Shown here piece by piece: positions 48,369 through 58,330 of a DNA stretch of 64,000 bases. The notes under the pieces were generated by a model. It made no database searches. It was not told where the DNA came from and saw only the letters and a program-made list of their open reading frames with translations. Each line of letters starts with the position of its first letter. Within the stretch, counting starts at the first letter, position 1. Location of the stretch: assembly GCA_944358415.1 (NCBI GenBank), contig CALVRA010000001.1:33920-97919 (forward strand). The letters run 5' to 3'. Origin of the DNA: an uncultured Bacilli bacterium (GTDB lineage: Bacteria > Bacillota_I > Bacilli_A > RF39 > UBA660). Position numbers and translations under genes: made by a program.

Positions 48369-49325
48369 TTATTTTATTGTATAGGGATTTGACTGACTTC
48401 CATCTCCTCCTGTGATTTGGATTTCAGAAGAAATATAAACAACTGGTCGAATTGCACCTTCGTATTTAACAAAGTAGTCATTAATTTGTCCGGCTTTTTG
48501 ATTTGTATATCCAAATATGGCAAATACATGATCAGATTGATTGGCATCTGGAGTCAAAGTATATAAATTTTGAACATATGATGTACTATACAACCATGTA
48601 GTATTTTTACAGGTACTATAATTATTATTATATTTACTAAGCGTTCCGCAATTATTTTGATTACTATTACTTCTTAGATATTCTGATGCTGTTATTAATG
48701 CAACTTTATCGTTCCATATTTTTGTTTTCTCATCATTTATTTGATCTGATAAATTATTATTCCTTATTACTGAACCTATACTCCAATCTTTAGATATAAT
48801 TTGATTTTTAGCAGCCACATTTAACCCATTATAATATGTTCCATTTAAATATGTATTTAATGTGGCTGGCATTGTCCAGTTATTTAAAGTGGCACTGCCT
48901 CCACTGCCATTCCAATACATTGCTCCTATCGTTTCATCTTTTATTATTTTAATTATTCCATCACATTCGACTGATATGATTCGCCATGTTTCATTATTAA
49001 ATATTATGTAATTGTTAGGATTTGTTCCAGCAAAAAAATAACGACATTCATATTTGTCTGGATATAATCCATCACCAGTTGTTACTATTGGTACTTTTTC
49101 TAATATTTGAATTCCACCTATTGATGAAGTCTTGCACTCCTTATAAAGCTCATCTATTGCTCCTTGGACATCAGTACTTTGAAGTCCACTTGTTTTGTTA
49201 TCATATGTTACTTGGCTACTTGCAAAATAAGTTGCAGCTGATACTCCTATAGTACTAAAAACTAGGGAAGTTATTATAAAAACGAAAAGTTTGCTATTAA
49301 TAAACTTTTTTATTTTTGATTTCAT
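48369..49325 (-). CDS. membrane-anchored surface protein, non-diversified paralogue of the DGR target
   Basis: Same architecture and many conserved blocks as 19524-20453 (TM anchor, YDNKTSGLQSTDVQGAIDELY, ...IRPVVYISSEIQITGG). No matching TR. Confidence 0.6.
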   Translation of the reverse strand: MKSKIKKFINSKLFVFIITSLVFSTIGVSAATYFASSQVTYDNKTSGLQSTDVQGAIDELYKECKTSSIGGIQILEKVPIVTTGDGLYPDKYECRYFFAGTNPNNYIIFNNETWRIISVECDGIIKIIKDETIGAMYWNGSGGSATLNNWTMPATLNTYLNGTYYNGLNVAAKNQIISKDWSIGSVIRNNNLSDQINDEKTKIWNDKVALITASEYLRSNSNQNNCGTLSKYNNNYSTCKNTTWLYSTSYVQNLYTLTPDANQSDHVFAIFGYTNQKAGQINDYFVKYEGAIRPVVYISSEIQITGGDGSQSNPYTIK

Positions 49326-49492
49326 ATTTTGTTCCTCCTAGTTTAATATTAGCATTATTTGATGTTTGTTTTTATATAGTCACAAATATATTTTGTCGTT
49401 TATATTGATATTTTATTGATTTTAGTTAATAGCTTATTAATTATAATAATGAGATAATTTATTTCAGAAAGTAATAAAATGTGGGTGATTTT

Positions 49493-49745
49493 ATGTCTGA
49501 TAATGAATTATTTGATATTATTGGAAAAAATATTAGTTATTATAGAAGATTATACAGTTTAGAGAAGGAAAAGTTGACACAGGAAAAGCTTGCGGAAATT
49601 GTTGGAGTATCTACTTCTGTTATTGGGGGGACTTGAAAGTAGTAAGGTTAATCAAGGGGTAAGTGTGCCTACTTTATATAGAATAAGTGTTGCATTAGAA
49701 GTTTCTATTGATAAGTTAGTTACTAAAAGAGAAAAGGGTATATAA
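49493..49745 (+). pseudogene. frameshifted XRE-family HTH regulator
   Basis: The N-terminal HTH (LTQEKLAEIVGVSTSVIGG) stops at TGA after a G6 run (49625-49630). Removing one G restores ...LESSKVNQGVSVPTLYRISVALEVSIDKL. Confidence 0.6.
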
Positions 49746-49750
49746 AAAGC

Positions 49751-50089
49751 TCACCTTAAAGTGAACTTTTTTTGTTTTTCTTTTTTATGTAAGTATAAGT
49801 TTGTTATAGCATATACTAATGAACAACCACTGATAATGTATAGGCAATTTTGGGTTATTGTATTTTGATCTAATGATGCTCCTAAAATAAAAGTAGTAGG
49901 TGATGTGATTAAGGCTACTTTTATGTCATTAGTAACTAGTTTTATATTTCTTCTTAGTTGATATTTTTCTAATTTTTGTTCTCTATATCTATTTAAATTT
50001 ACTGTGGAATATTTTGTATATTGTGGTTTCATAGAACCCCTTCTTTCTTTTTTTTGATGTATTTTAGCAATTTTCTTACTTTTTGTCAA
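49751..50089 (-). CDS. hypothetical small membrane protein
   Basis: ORF downstream of mfd, overlapping its stop. A more likely start is the MKPQY ATG at 50032, which has a GAAGGGG RBS. One or two TM helices. Confidence 0.35.
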   Translation of the reverse strand: MTKSKKIAKIHQKKERRGSMKPQYTKYSTVNLNRYREQKLEKYQLRRNIKLVTNDIKVALITSPTTFILGASLDQNTITQNCLYIISGCSLVYAITNLYLHKKEKQKKFTLR

Positions 50090-53000
50090 ATTGTTTGATA
50101 GATTTTTTTATTATTTCTAATAGGTCTAATAAGTAATATATAAAGTGTTTATCTAGTTTTATTGTGTCTAAAGTGATAGTTAGTCTTTCAAATTTAATAC
50201 TAAATCTAAACATTCTTGAAAGATTAGTTGTTTCAAAAAATAATGTTTCACCGTCTATTTTATTAGTTAGTTCTTTATCTAATGTTATTTCAACCGAGTT
50301 TTTCGTTTGTCTAATATTTGTAATATTTAACTGTTTAGCCAATTTTTCGAATAATTCTTCATGCATATAGATTATTAAGTCATCTGATAGTTTTCCAAAT
50401 CTATCTTCTAGTTCGGTTTTAACTTCTTTTAATGTTTTGTATGAATCAATATCACATATTTTTTTATGGATTTCAATTTTTAAATCTTCATCACTAACAA
50501 AGTTATCACTAATTGAAGTTGATACGTCGATAAGTGGTGGGGTATCTTTGGTTTCTTCTTCTTTTGGTTTTTCACCTTTTAGTTTATTTACTTCTTCATT
50601 AAGCATTTGCAAGAAAAGTTCTATACCGATACTATCGATGAAACCAGCTTGCTGGCTACCTAAGATATCACCAGCTCCTCTTATGGATAAATCACGCATA
50701 GCTATGGCAAAACCACTGCCTAGTTCGGTGAAGTCTTTGATTACTTTTAGTCTTTTAGTGGCTATTTCGGATAATATTTTATTAGGGGCATACATTAGAT
50801 AGCAGTAGGCGATTTTATTACTTCTACCAATTCTTCCTCTTATTTGATAGAGCTGTGATAATCCAAAGTGATCGGCATCAATTATTATTAAGGTGTTTGC
50901 AGTTTCAATATCAATACCAGTTTCAATGATGGTTGTACATAGTAAGATGTCATATTTTTTATTGGTAAAGTCAATCATGACATTTTCTAATTCCGTTTTA
51001 TTCATTTGTCCATGAGCAATACCAATTTTAGCTTCAGGAACTAGTTTTTGAAGTTCATATTTTTGTGATTCAATGTTTTCAACTCTATTATATAAAATAA
51101 ATGTTTGGCCACCTCTAGCTAATTCTTTATAAATGGCATCTTTAATTATTTGTTTATTTTGAGCTAAAACATAGGTTTGAATAGGGTATCTATCTATAGG
51201 TGGGGTTTCAATTAATGATAGGCTTCTTATTCCAGCAATCGACATTTGTAAGGTTCTTGGAATTGGGGTGGCGGATAAGGTTAGGACATCGATGTTATTT
51301 TTATATTCTTTTATTTTTTCTTTATGTTTGACGCCAAATCTTTGTTCTTCATCAATTACCAATAAACCTAGATCTTTAAATTTAACATCATCTGACAATA
51401 TTCTATGGGTTCCTATTAACAGGTCGATTTGACCTTTTTCTAATTTTTCTAGTGTTTCTTTAGTTTCTTTTGGGCTGACAAATCTATTTAGAAGGGCAAT
51501 ATCAACAGGGAATGATTTAAATCGCTCGATGGCATTTTGAAAGTGCTGGGAAGAGAGGATAGTAGTGGGGCATAAAATGGCGGCTTGTTTACCTGATATT
51601 ATAGCTTTGAATATGGCTCTAAAGGCTACTTCGGTTTTTCCATAACCAACATCACCACAAAGTAATCTATCCATTGGTTTATCTGACTCCATATCTTTTT
51701 TTATTTCTTCGGTTACTCTTAATTGGTCAGGAGTTTCTTCATAAGGAAATTCTTTTTCAAATTCGATCTGTTCTTGACCATCTTTATCAAAAGCATAACC
51801 TTTTTTAGATTCTCTTATGGCATACATTTTTAGTAAATCTTCAGCTATATCTTCGGCATGTTTTCTAGCTTTGGCCTTGGTTTTTTCCCATTCATGGCTA
51901 CCTAGTTTATTTAATTTAGGAACGACACCATCTTTTGATGAATATTTTGTTATTAAATCTAGTTTTTCAACTGGTATATAAAGTTTATCATTATCTCTAT
52001 AAGCTATGGTTAGGTAGTCTTTTTTTAATCCATTTTTTATGATTGTTTTTAAACCTTCATATCTTCCAATACCATGAATGCCATGAACTACATAATCACC
52101 AATTTCTAATTTAGTTATATCCTTTATTCTTGTTCCATATTTGAATTTTGTTTTATAAGTTGATTCTTCTTTTTTATTGAATAGTTCTTTTTCGGTTATG
52201 ACGATGTATTCATCTGTTTTGAAGCCACTATTTATTTTTTTGACTATTATATTTATTTTTCCTTTATATAGTTCGTTTTCATTAGTATATGTTATATTTG
52301 GGTTTTCTAAGTATTCTATTAGTTTATTTACTTGGTATCTATTATCTAGGCAGATTATTACTAATTTATTTGTTTTTATATAAGTGTTTAGTGTTTCATT
52401 TATTTGTTTTTTATCTTTAGGAAATGGTTCTATGCCGACTTTTTTATAGATTTTAGATGATGGATTATTATCAAATTCTTCGAATATTATTGGGTCATTA
52501 TCTTTTACTTCATCAAAGTCAAACATATATTTAGTGTTTGGATTTAATTCAATACTGATATTATAGTTTTTTATTTCTTCTAAAAGAAGTTTATAATTGA
52601 CGATTAAAGAGTGATAGTTATTATATATGGTTATTGGATTATTTAGGTATCCTTTTATATTAGTGATATTTTTTTCATACTGCATTTCTAGGTGTTTTGC
52701 TTCGAATTTATAGTTTTCTAATAAGGTTTCAGTATTTGAGTAAATGGTTATTTCATTTATTTTTTTTATAGTTAATTGATTTTCAATATTGAATATTCTG
52801 ATAGAATCTATTTCATCGCCCCAAAATTCAATTCTGATTGGATTATCGTTATTGATTGGAAATATATCTATTACATAGCCTCTAGTAGCTATTTCACCGG
52901 TCATATTAACGGTTGTTTCTTTTCTATAGCCCAAATTAAACATTTTTTCTACTAGGGTATTTATTTGAATGGAGTCACCAACTTTTAGTTTGATTTGACT

Positions 53001-53363
53001 TTGTTTGAATTTTTCTTTTGAAGGTAAAAATCTTAAATAGCCCATTAAGTTAGTGATGACAATGGCTTTATTTTCTTTTATAATGGAATTCATGGTTTCT
53101 AGTCTTGTTATTTTAAATTCAGGTGATATGGCAATGGCTTCGCTTGTTATGAAATCATCCATTGGAAAAAACCATACTTTATCTGTATAGTTGATTAGTG
53201 AATTATAAATTAGTCCGGCTTCATGGAGGTTTGAGGTGACTAGAATAATAGAATTATTTGATGTTTTGAATTTTTGATAGATATAAATACTTTTTAATTC
53301 GTTATTTAATCCGATTAGTTCTTTATTTTCAACTTTATTAAATATTTTATCTAGGAAGGTCAT
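50076..53363 (-). CDS. mfd: transcription-repair coupling factor
   Basis: 1095 aa. Superfamily-2 helicase motifs (GDVGYGKTEVA, DEEQRFG) and a CarD/TRCF RNAP-interaction domain. Confidence 0.95.
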   Translation of the reverse strand: MTFLDKIFNKVENKELIGLNNELKSIYIYQKFKTSNNSIILVTSNLHEAGLIYNSLINYTDKVWFFPMDDFITSEAIAISPEFKITRLETMNSIIKENKAIVITNLMGYLRFLPSKEKFKQSQIKLKVGDSIQINTLVEKMFNLGYRKETTVNMTGEIATRGYVIDIFPINNDNPIRIEFWGDEIDSIRIFNIENQLTIKKINEITIYSNTETLLENYKFEAKHLEMQYEKNITNIKGYLNNPITIYNNYHSLIVNYKLLLEEIKNYNISIELNPNTKYMFDFDEVKDNDPIIFEEFDNNPSSKIYKKVGIEPFPKDKKQINETLNTYIKTNKLVIICLDNRYQVNKLIEYLENPNITYTNENELYKGKINIIVKKINSGFKTDEYIVITEKELFNKKEESTYKTKFKYGTRIKDITKLEIGDYVVHGIHGIGRYEGLKTIIKNGLKKDYLTIAYRDNDKLYIPVEKLDLITKYSSKDGVVPKLNKLGSHEWEKTKAKARKHAEDIAEDLLKMYAIRESKKGYAFDKDGQEQIEFEKEFPYEETPDQLRVTEEIKKDMESDKPMDRLLCGDVGYGKTEVAFRAIFKAIISGKQAAILCPTTILSSQHFQNAIERFKSFPVDIALLNRFVSPKETKETLEKLEKGQIDLLIGTHRILSDDVKFKDLGLLVIDEEQRFGVKHKEKIKEYKNNIDVLTLSATPIPRTLQMSIAGIRSLSLIETPPIDRYPIQTYVLAQNKQIIKDAIYKELARGGQTFILYNRVENIESQKYELQKLVPEAKIGIAHGQMNKTELENVMIDFTNKKYDILLCTTIIETGIDIETANTLIIIDADHFGLSQLYQIRGRIGRSNKIAYCYLMYAPNKILSEIATKRLKVIKDFTELGSGFAIAMRDLSIRGAGDILGSQQAGFIDSIGIELFLQMLNEEVNKLKGEKPKEEETKDTPPLIDVSTSISDNFVSDEDLKIEIHKKICDIDSYKTLKEVKTELEDRFGKLSDDLIIYMHEELFEKLAKQLNITNIRQTKNSVEITLDKELTNKIDGETLFFETTNLSRMFRFSIKFERLTITLDTIKLDKHFIYYLLDLLEIIKKSIKQFDKK

Positions 53364-53941
53364 TTAATCACTTCCTTGCTGTTATATTTATTCATTAGAT
53401 TATCAAATGTCATATTTAAGTAATCTATCAATATTTCTTCGGCTTTATCTGTGACTTGTTCTAATATGTTTAGTTCTTCTTTAGGCATTTTACCAATTAC
53501 ATAGTCTATTTTATCTTTGTCTTTATTATTTGATATGCCGATTTTAATTCTTTTATATTCATTTGAATGAAGGTGCGATTCGATGTTTTTTAAGCCATTA
53601 TGGCCTCCAGATGAGCCTTTATATTTCAATTTTATTTTACCTAATGGTGTATCTAAATCATCACAGATGACTAGAATATCATTTAAGTCTATTTTATAGA
53701 AATCTTTGAATTTTATTAAGACTTCGCCTGAGAGGTTCATATATTTTTGGGGTTTTAATAAAATAATTTTTTCATTTTTATAATTAAATTCTGTGTATAT
53801 TCCATCAAATTTTTCTTTATTGAAGTTTAAGTTTTGGCTTTCTGCGAATTTATCTATGAATTTAAATCCAGCATTATGTCTTGTATTTTCATAAGTTTTC
53901 CCTGGATTACCTAAACCAACAATTAATTTCATTTTTATCAC
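53360..53941 (-). CDS. pth: peptidyl-tRNA hydrolase
   Basis: LIVGLGNPG..Y..TRHN and GGHNGLK motifs. Confidence 0.95.
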   Translation of the reverse strand: MIKMKLIVGLGNPGKTYENTRHNAGFKFIDKFAESQNLNFNKEKFDGIYTEFNYKNEKIILLKPQKYMNLSGEVLIKFKDFYKIDLNDILVICDDLDTPLGKIKLKYKGSSGGHNGLKNIESHLHSNEYKRIKIGISNNKDKDKIDYVIGKMPKEELNILEQVTDKAEEILIDYLNMTFDNLMNKYNSKEVIK

Positions 53942-54025
53942 CTGCTTTTTTGATGATAATATTATACCACATTTAGATAGTCATTTTGATTATTTTTGAA
54001 TAGAATAATTTAGGAGATGATTTGA

Positions 54026-54967
54026 TTGAATGAAAAGTTTGGATGTGAAGGGTGCGATATAAATAATAATTATGGCCTTTTATATGTGAATGAGTGTAAT
54101 GATGGGATTTTAGGAAAGGAATATAAAATTAAGGCTTGTCCACAATATCAAGTTAAACAACCTGGAATGGAGTATTTAATGGAACCAAAGCCTATTTTTG
54201 ATAATTATAATTACAAGGGTAGTGGTAAATTAAAAGATAAGGTGGCTATTATTACTGGTGGAGATTCTGGGATAGGTAGGGCAGTTGCGGTTTATTTTGT
54301 AAAAGAAGGAGCAAGAGTAGTTATTGTTTATTATAATGAACATGAAGATGCGGAATATACTAAGAAATATATTGAAAATTTAGGAGGTCAATGTTTATTA
54401 ATTTCTGGAGATTTGAAAGATAGTAATTTTTGTAGGATGGTAGCTGATAAAACAATGGAGTGTTTTGGAAGAATTGATATTTTAGTTAATAATGCAGGGG
54501 TACAATTTCAACAAAAAAAATTAGAAGATATTTCTAATGAACAATTTGATTATACGATGAAAACTAATATTTATTCGATGTTTTATTTGACAAAGTATTG
54601 TTTACCTTATATGAATAAAGGAGCAATTATTAATACAACTTCGGTTACTACTTTTTATGGCGAACCAGAGTTAATTGATTATGTTACAAGTAAGGGGGCA
54701 ATAGTGGGATTTACTAGGGCGCTTGCAACTAATTTAGCGACTAAAGGTGTAAGGGTTAATGCGGTGGCACCTGGATATTTTTGGACGGCATTACAACCTA
54801 GTTGCTGGATGCCTAATAAAATTCCAACACTTGGAGCAGACAGTGATATGAGAAGATGTGCGGATCCTTATGAGATTGCTTCTATTTATGTTTATTTAGC
54901 TAGTGATGATGCTTCATATACAACAGGACAAGTATTTCATATTAATGGGGGACAGTATAAAGGATAG
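54026..54967 (+). CDS. SDR-family oxidoreductase (YhdF/YghA-like)
   Basis: TGGDSGIGRA cofactor motif, NNAG and YxxxK (YVTSK). TTG start 8 nt after AGGAGA. Confidence 0.85.
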   Translation: MNEKFGCEGCDINNNYGLLYVNECNDGILGKEYKIKACPQYQVKQPGMEYLMEPKPIFDNYNYKGSGKLKDKVAIITGGDSGIGRAVAVYFVKEGARVVIVYYNEHEDAEYTKKYIENLGGQCLLISGDLKDSNFCRMVADKTMECFGRIDILVNNAGVQFQQKKLEDISNEQFDYTMKTNIYSMFYLTKYCLPYMNKGAIINTTSVTTFYGEPELIDYVTSKGAIVGFTRALATNLATKGVRVNAVAPGYFWTALQPSCWMPNKIPTLGADSDMRRCADPYEIASIYVYLASDDASYTTGQVFHINGGQYKG

Positions 54968-54981
54968 ACTTTATACTGTTT

Positions 54982-55551
54982 TTATTTAACTATTATTTCA
55001 CTATTTATATAGTTTCCATATAATTCTTTTATATTTGTATCAGAAGTACCGTCTAGATTCATTCTACGAATGTATTGGTAACTATTTGAATAAGCGTATA
55101 TATAATATATATACTGCTGTGTAACATATAAATGATATACATTTTTACTTGTACTTAATCTTACTTGATTATTACCATCTATATCCATTCTATAAATCCC
55201 TGAACTATTAGCATAATATATATAATTATCTTTAATAAAAATACTGGTAGGATTAATACCATATTTTCCAATTCTACTTGTCTTTCCACTATTTAAATTC
55301 ATTTGGAAAATGCCATCTTGGGGTTCTATATAATATAAATAATTATTTAATTCAGTTAAATGGCCACATTGATTATATAACTCATCTATGGCATCTTGAA
55401 CATTGGTTGCATTAAGGCTACTTGCTTTATTATCATATGTTGTTTGATTTGACGGAAAATATGTTACAGCACATACACCTACTATACTACATAATATTAT
55501 ACCTATTACAGTTCCTATTATTATTTCTTTAAAATTTCTTTTTTTTCGCAT
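54982..55551 (-). CDS. membrane-anchored protein: shared N-terminal module plus DUF5050-like beta-propeller repeats
   Basis: N-terminus (TM anchor, YDNKASSLNATNVQDAIDELY) is homologous to 19524-20453 and 48369-49325. C-terminal repeats YIYY..GIYRMDIDG / IRRMNLDG. Confidence 0.55.
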   Translation of the reverse strand: MRKKRNFKEIIIGTVIGIILCSIVGVCAVTYFPSNQTTYDNKASSLNATNVQDAIDELYNQCGHLTELNNYLYYIEPQDGIFQMNLNSGKTSRIGKYGINPTSIFIKDNYIYYANSSGIYRMDIDGNNQVRLSTSKNVYHLYVTQQYIYYIYAYSNSYQYIRRMNLDGTSDTNIKELYGNYINSEIIVK

Positions 55552-55565
55552 ATTTTACCCTTTCT

Positions 55566-55605
55566 TATAATTATTACTTCAATTATTTTTGAAGTAATAA
55601 TTATA
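55566..55605. promoter_or_regulatory. perfect 17-bp-arm inverted repeat in a divergent promoter region (candidate operator)
   Basis: TATAATTATTACTTCAA-N6-TTGAAGTAATAATTATA between 54982-55551(-) and the XRE gene 55653-55991(+). Confidence 0.4.
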
Positions 55606-55652
55606 TAATTTTTGTAGATAATTCAAATTTTGTAAAATTATAAGGAGTAGAT

Positions 55653-55991
55653 ATGAAAAATTTAAAGAAAATTGCAAAAGCTAAAAATAAATCATTAACA
55701 TCACTTGCTGTAGAACTTGGGGTTTCACAAGAAGCTATAAGTCAATATATTAGTGGTAAAATAAAACCTAAGTTATCTATCATTATTAAAATGGCTAAAA
55801 TTTTTGATGTGTCAGTTGATTATTTGTTGGATTTAAGTGATAATGTTTCTAATTCTAATTTAAATGAAGATGAGTTTGCTTTAATTGAAAATTATAGAAA
55901 ATTGGATAATGAAAACAAATTAAAAGCTGAAGCTTATTTGCAAGCAATGGTCGATTTTGCAGATGAAAAAAATAAGGTTTTCACCTTATAA
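55653..55991 (+). CDS. XRE-family HTH transcriptional regulator
   Basis: HTH LTSLAVELGVSQEAISQYISG. 112 aa. AAGGAG RBS. Confidence 0.75.
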   Translation: MKNLKKIAKAKNKSLTSLAVELGVSQEAISQYISGKIKPKLSIIIKMAKIFDVSVDYLLDLSDNVSNSNLNEDEFALIENYRKLDNENKLKAEAYLQAMVDFADEKNKVFTL

Positions 55992-56831
55992 ATTATGATA
56001 TTCATTATAAATTATACTTTTTGGTAGTCCACGTTCTTTGGCTACTTTTTTTATAGCATCATTTGGTTTTAGACCATCTTCTATATACAAATTCACGTGG
56101 TTTTTTATTGATAGATTAGAGAAATCTTCTTTTTTTTGACTTCCTTCTACTACAATGACTATTTCTCCTTTTAAGTTTTCCACAGTTTTAAGTAAGTTTT
56201 CCACATTATCTCTAATTACTTCTTCATATTTTTTACTTATTTCTCTTACAATAGCAATTTTTCTATTACCAAATATTTCATATATGTTATTTAATGTTTT
56301 CATCAATCTATGTGGAGCTTCATAGAAAGCTATAGGATATGGTGTATTTTTTAATGTTTCTAATTCTTTTTTTCGTTTGCTTTCTTTACTGTTTAAAAAG
56401 CCATAGAATGTGAATGGGCCTCCACTTAAACCTGACATTACTAAAGCTGGAATTACAGCAGTTGGGCCTGGTAAACAAACTACGTTATAACCATTTTCAA
56501 TGGCTGTTTTGACTAAAATATAGCCTGGGTCACTGATTACAGGTGTACCTCGATCACTTACAATAGCGATGTTTTTTTTATTTTTTAGATAATCAATTTC
56601 TTTTTCTTCGTTTTGATTTTCATTATATAAATGACTTGATATTAGTTTTTTATTTATTTCAAAATGATTTAATAATTGTTTGGTTGTTCTTGTATCTTCG
56701 GCAAATATTACATCTACTTCTTTTAAAATATTAATAGCTCTTATGGTAATGTCTTCTAAGTTTCCAATTGGAGTTGGAACGATATATAAAGTAGGGGAAC
56801 CATCATAACTTTTTTGTATCATTTTTATCAT
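55986..56831 (-). CDS. rsmI: 16S rRNA (cytidine1402-2'-O)-methyltransferase
   Basis: LYIVPTPIGNLEDIT and AEDTRTT motifs of the tetrapyrrole-methylase-fold RsmI. Confidence 0.9.
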   Translation of the reverse strand: MIKMIQKSYDGSPTLYIVPTPIGNLEDITIRAINILKEVDVIFAEDTRTTKQLLNHFEINKKLISSHLYNENQNEEKEIDYLKNKKNIAIVSDRGTPVISDPGYILVKTAIENGYNVVCLPGPTAVIPALVMSGLSGGPFTFYGFLNSKESKRKKELETLKNTPYPIAFYEAPHRLMKTLNNIYEIFGNRKIAIVREISKKYEEVIRDNVENLLKTVENLKGEIVIVVEGSQKKEDFSNLSIKNHVNLYIEDGLKPNDAIKKVAKERGLPKSIIYNEYHNL

Positions 56832-56832
56832 C

Positions 56833-57552
56833 TCACTTAAAATATTTTTTTATTTCTTCGGTATAAGAACCATCTTCATTATGACTATATAATGGAGGAA
56901 GTATTTTTAGTCCTTTTTTTCCATTTTTTTTACCTTCAACTAATAGTATATTAGCTTCTTTATTTTTTCCTGGATAAATTAACATTATTTTTTTAGGTTC
57001 AATATTGTATTTTCGCATAATGGTTAGAATATCAATTAATCTTTCTGGTCTATGAACTAGACCTAAAGTTCCACCATTTTTTAAAAGTTTTTTTGCTATT
57101 TTTAATATATCTTCTAATTTTAAATTTACTTCATGTCTGGCAATTGTTTTATAATCATTTTTATTAAATTTTGAGCTTTCTTTTACTTCAAAATATGGAG
57201 GGTTGCAGGTTATGATATCATAAAAGTCAGTAGGGGATGTTTTATAAAAATGTTTTACATCATCATTAATTATGGTTATTTTATTTTCAAGGTTATTTAA
57301 TTTTACTGATTCTATGGCCATATCATAGGCTTCTTTTTGTATTTCTACTCCTGTAATATGAGCATTTGTTTTTTGTGATAATATTAAAGGAATAGGAGCA
57401 TTTCCTGTTCCAATATCTAATATATTTTTTGTACTTTCGTTTATTGTTATAAAGTTTGGAAGTAATACAGAATCTAATGAAAAGTTAAACATTTGATTAT
57501 CTTGGACTATTTTTATATTTTTGTAACCAAGAAGATAATTAGTTACTTTCAT
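56833..57552 (-). CDS. tRNA (adenine37-N6)-methyltransferase-like (YabB/TrmN6 family)
   Basis: DIGTGNA SAM motif and NPPY catalytic motif (CNPPYF). Confidence 0.75.
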   Translation of the reverse strand: MKVTNYLLGYKNIKIVQDNQMFNFSLDSVLLPNFITINESTKNILDIGTGNAPIPLILSQKTNAHITGVEIQKEAYDMAIESVKLNNLENKITIINDDVKHFYKTSPTDFYDIITCNPPYFEVKESSKFNKNDYKTIARHEVNLKLEDILKIAKKLLKNGGTLGLVHRPERLIDILTIMRKYNIEPKKIMLIYPGKNKEANILLVEGKKNGKKGLKILPPLYSHNEDGSYTEEIKKYFK

Positions 57553-58330
57553 TTATGTTTATTTCTATCGTTCCATAATTTGGAACATTTACCTTATATT
57601 TTTTATTTAAGACATCTAAACTAGTAATTGTTCCTTCACCATATTCTGTATTTATTTTTTCGCCTGGTTGTTTCATACTGTTTCTGATTTCTTCATAAAT
57701 TTCATCTTCATATTTTAGACAGCACATTAATCTCCCACATACACCATTTATTTTAGTTGGATTTAAAGCAATATTTTGGTTTTTAGCCATATTTATGGAT
57801 ACTGCATTTAAGTCTTTTAGAAAACGAGCGCAGCATAATTTTTGACCACATGGACCGAAACCGCCAACTTCTTTGGCTTTATCACGAACACCAATTTGTC
57901 TTAGTTCGATTCTGACTCTATAGATTGAAGCAAGTTCTTTAGCTAAATCCCTAAAATCAATACGGTTATCAGCTAAAAATCTAAAAATTAGTTTATCTCT
58001 ATCAAAAGTGTATGTGGCATCAATTACATGCATTTTTATGTCATTTCTTTCAACGATTTGACGGCATTTTTTTAAAGCAAATGTGGCATCTTTTAAATTT
58101 TTTTTATGTTTTAAGTAATCTTGTTTGGTAGCTATTCTTATTACTTCTTTAAGGTTGTTTTGAATTTTACTATCAGAAATTTCTATATCTTTATTAACTA
58201 CTGAGCCAAATTGAAGTCCATGTTCTGTTTCAACGATTACGGTAAGATTATCTTTTAACTTTAGTTTTCCTGGATTAAAATAATATATTTGTCCGTGTGG
58301 TTTGAATCTAATGCCGACTACTTTGGTCAT
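57539..58330 (-). CDS. ricT: PSP1-domain regulatory protein RicT (YaaT)
   Basis: PSP1 C-terminal domain with the CGQKLCCARFL / CGRLMCCLKYE cysteine pairs. Confidence 0.85.
   Translation of the reverse strand: MTKVVGIRFKPHGQIYYFNPGKLKLKDNLTVIVETEHGLQFGSVVNKDIEISDSKIQNNLKEVIRIATKQDYLKHKKNLKDATFALKKCRQIVERNDIKMHVIDATYTFDRDKLIFRFLADNRIDFRDLAKELASIYRVRIELRQIGVRDKAKEVGGFGPCGQKLCCARFLKDLNAVSINMAKNQNIALNPTKINGVCGRLMCCLKYEDEIYEEIRNSMKQPGEKINTEYGEGTITSLDVLNKKYKVNVPNYGTIEININESN

Noticed and set aside
48369-49325. The paralogue as a second, remote VR for the same TR.
   Set aside because: The 3'-end nucleotide identity to the TR is only about 70% by eye, and differences are not adenine-restricted. The GC-rich IMH-like element is replaced by an AT-rich sequence.
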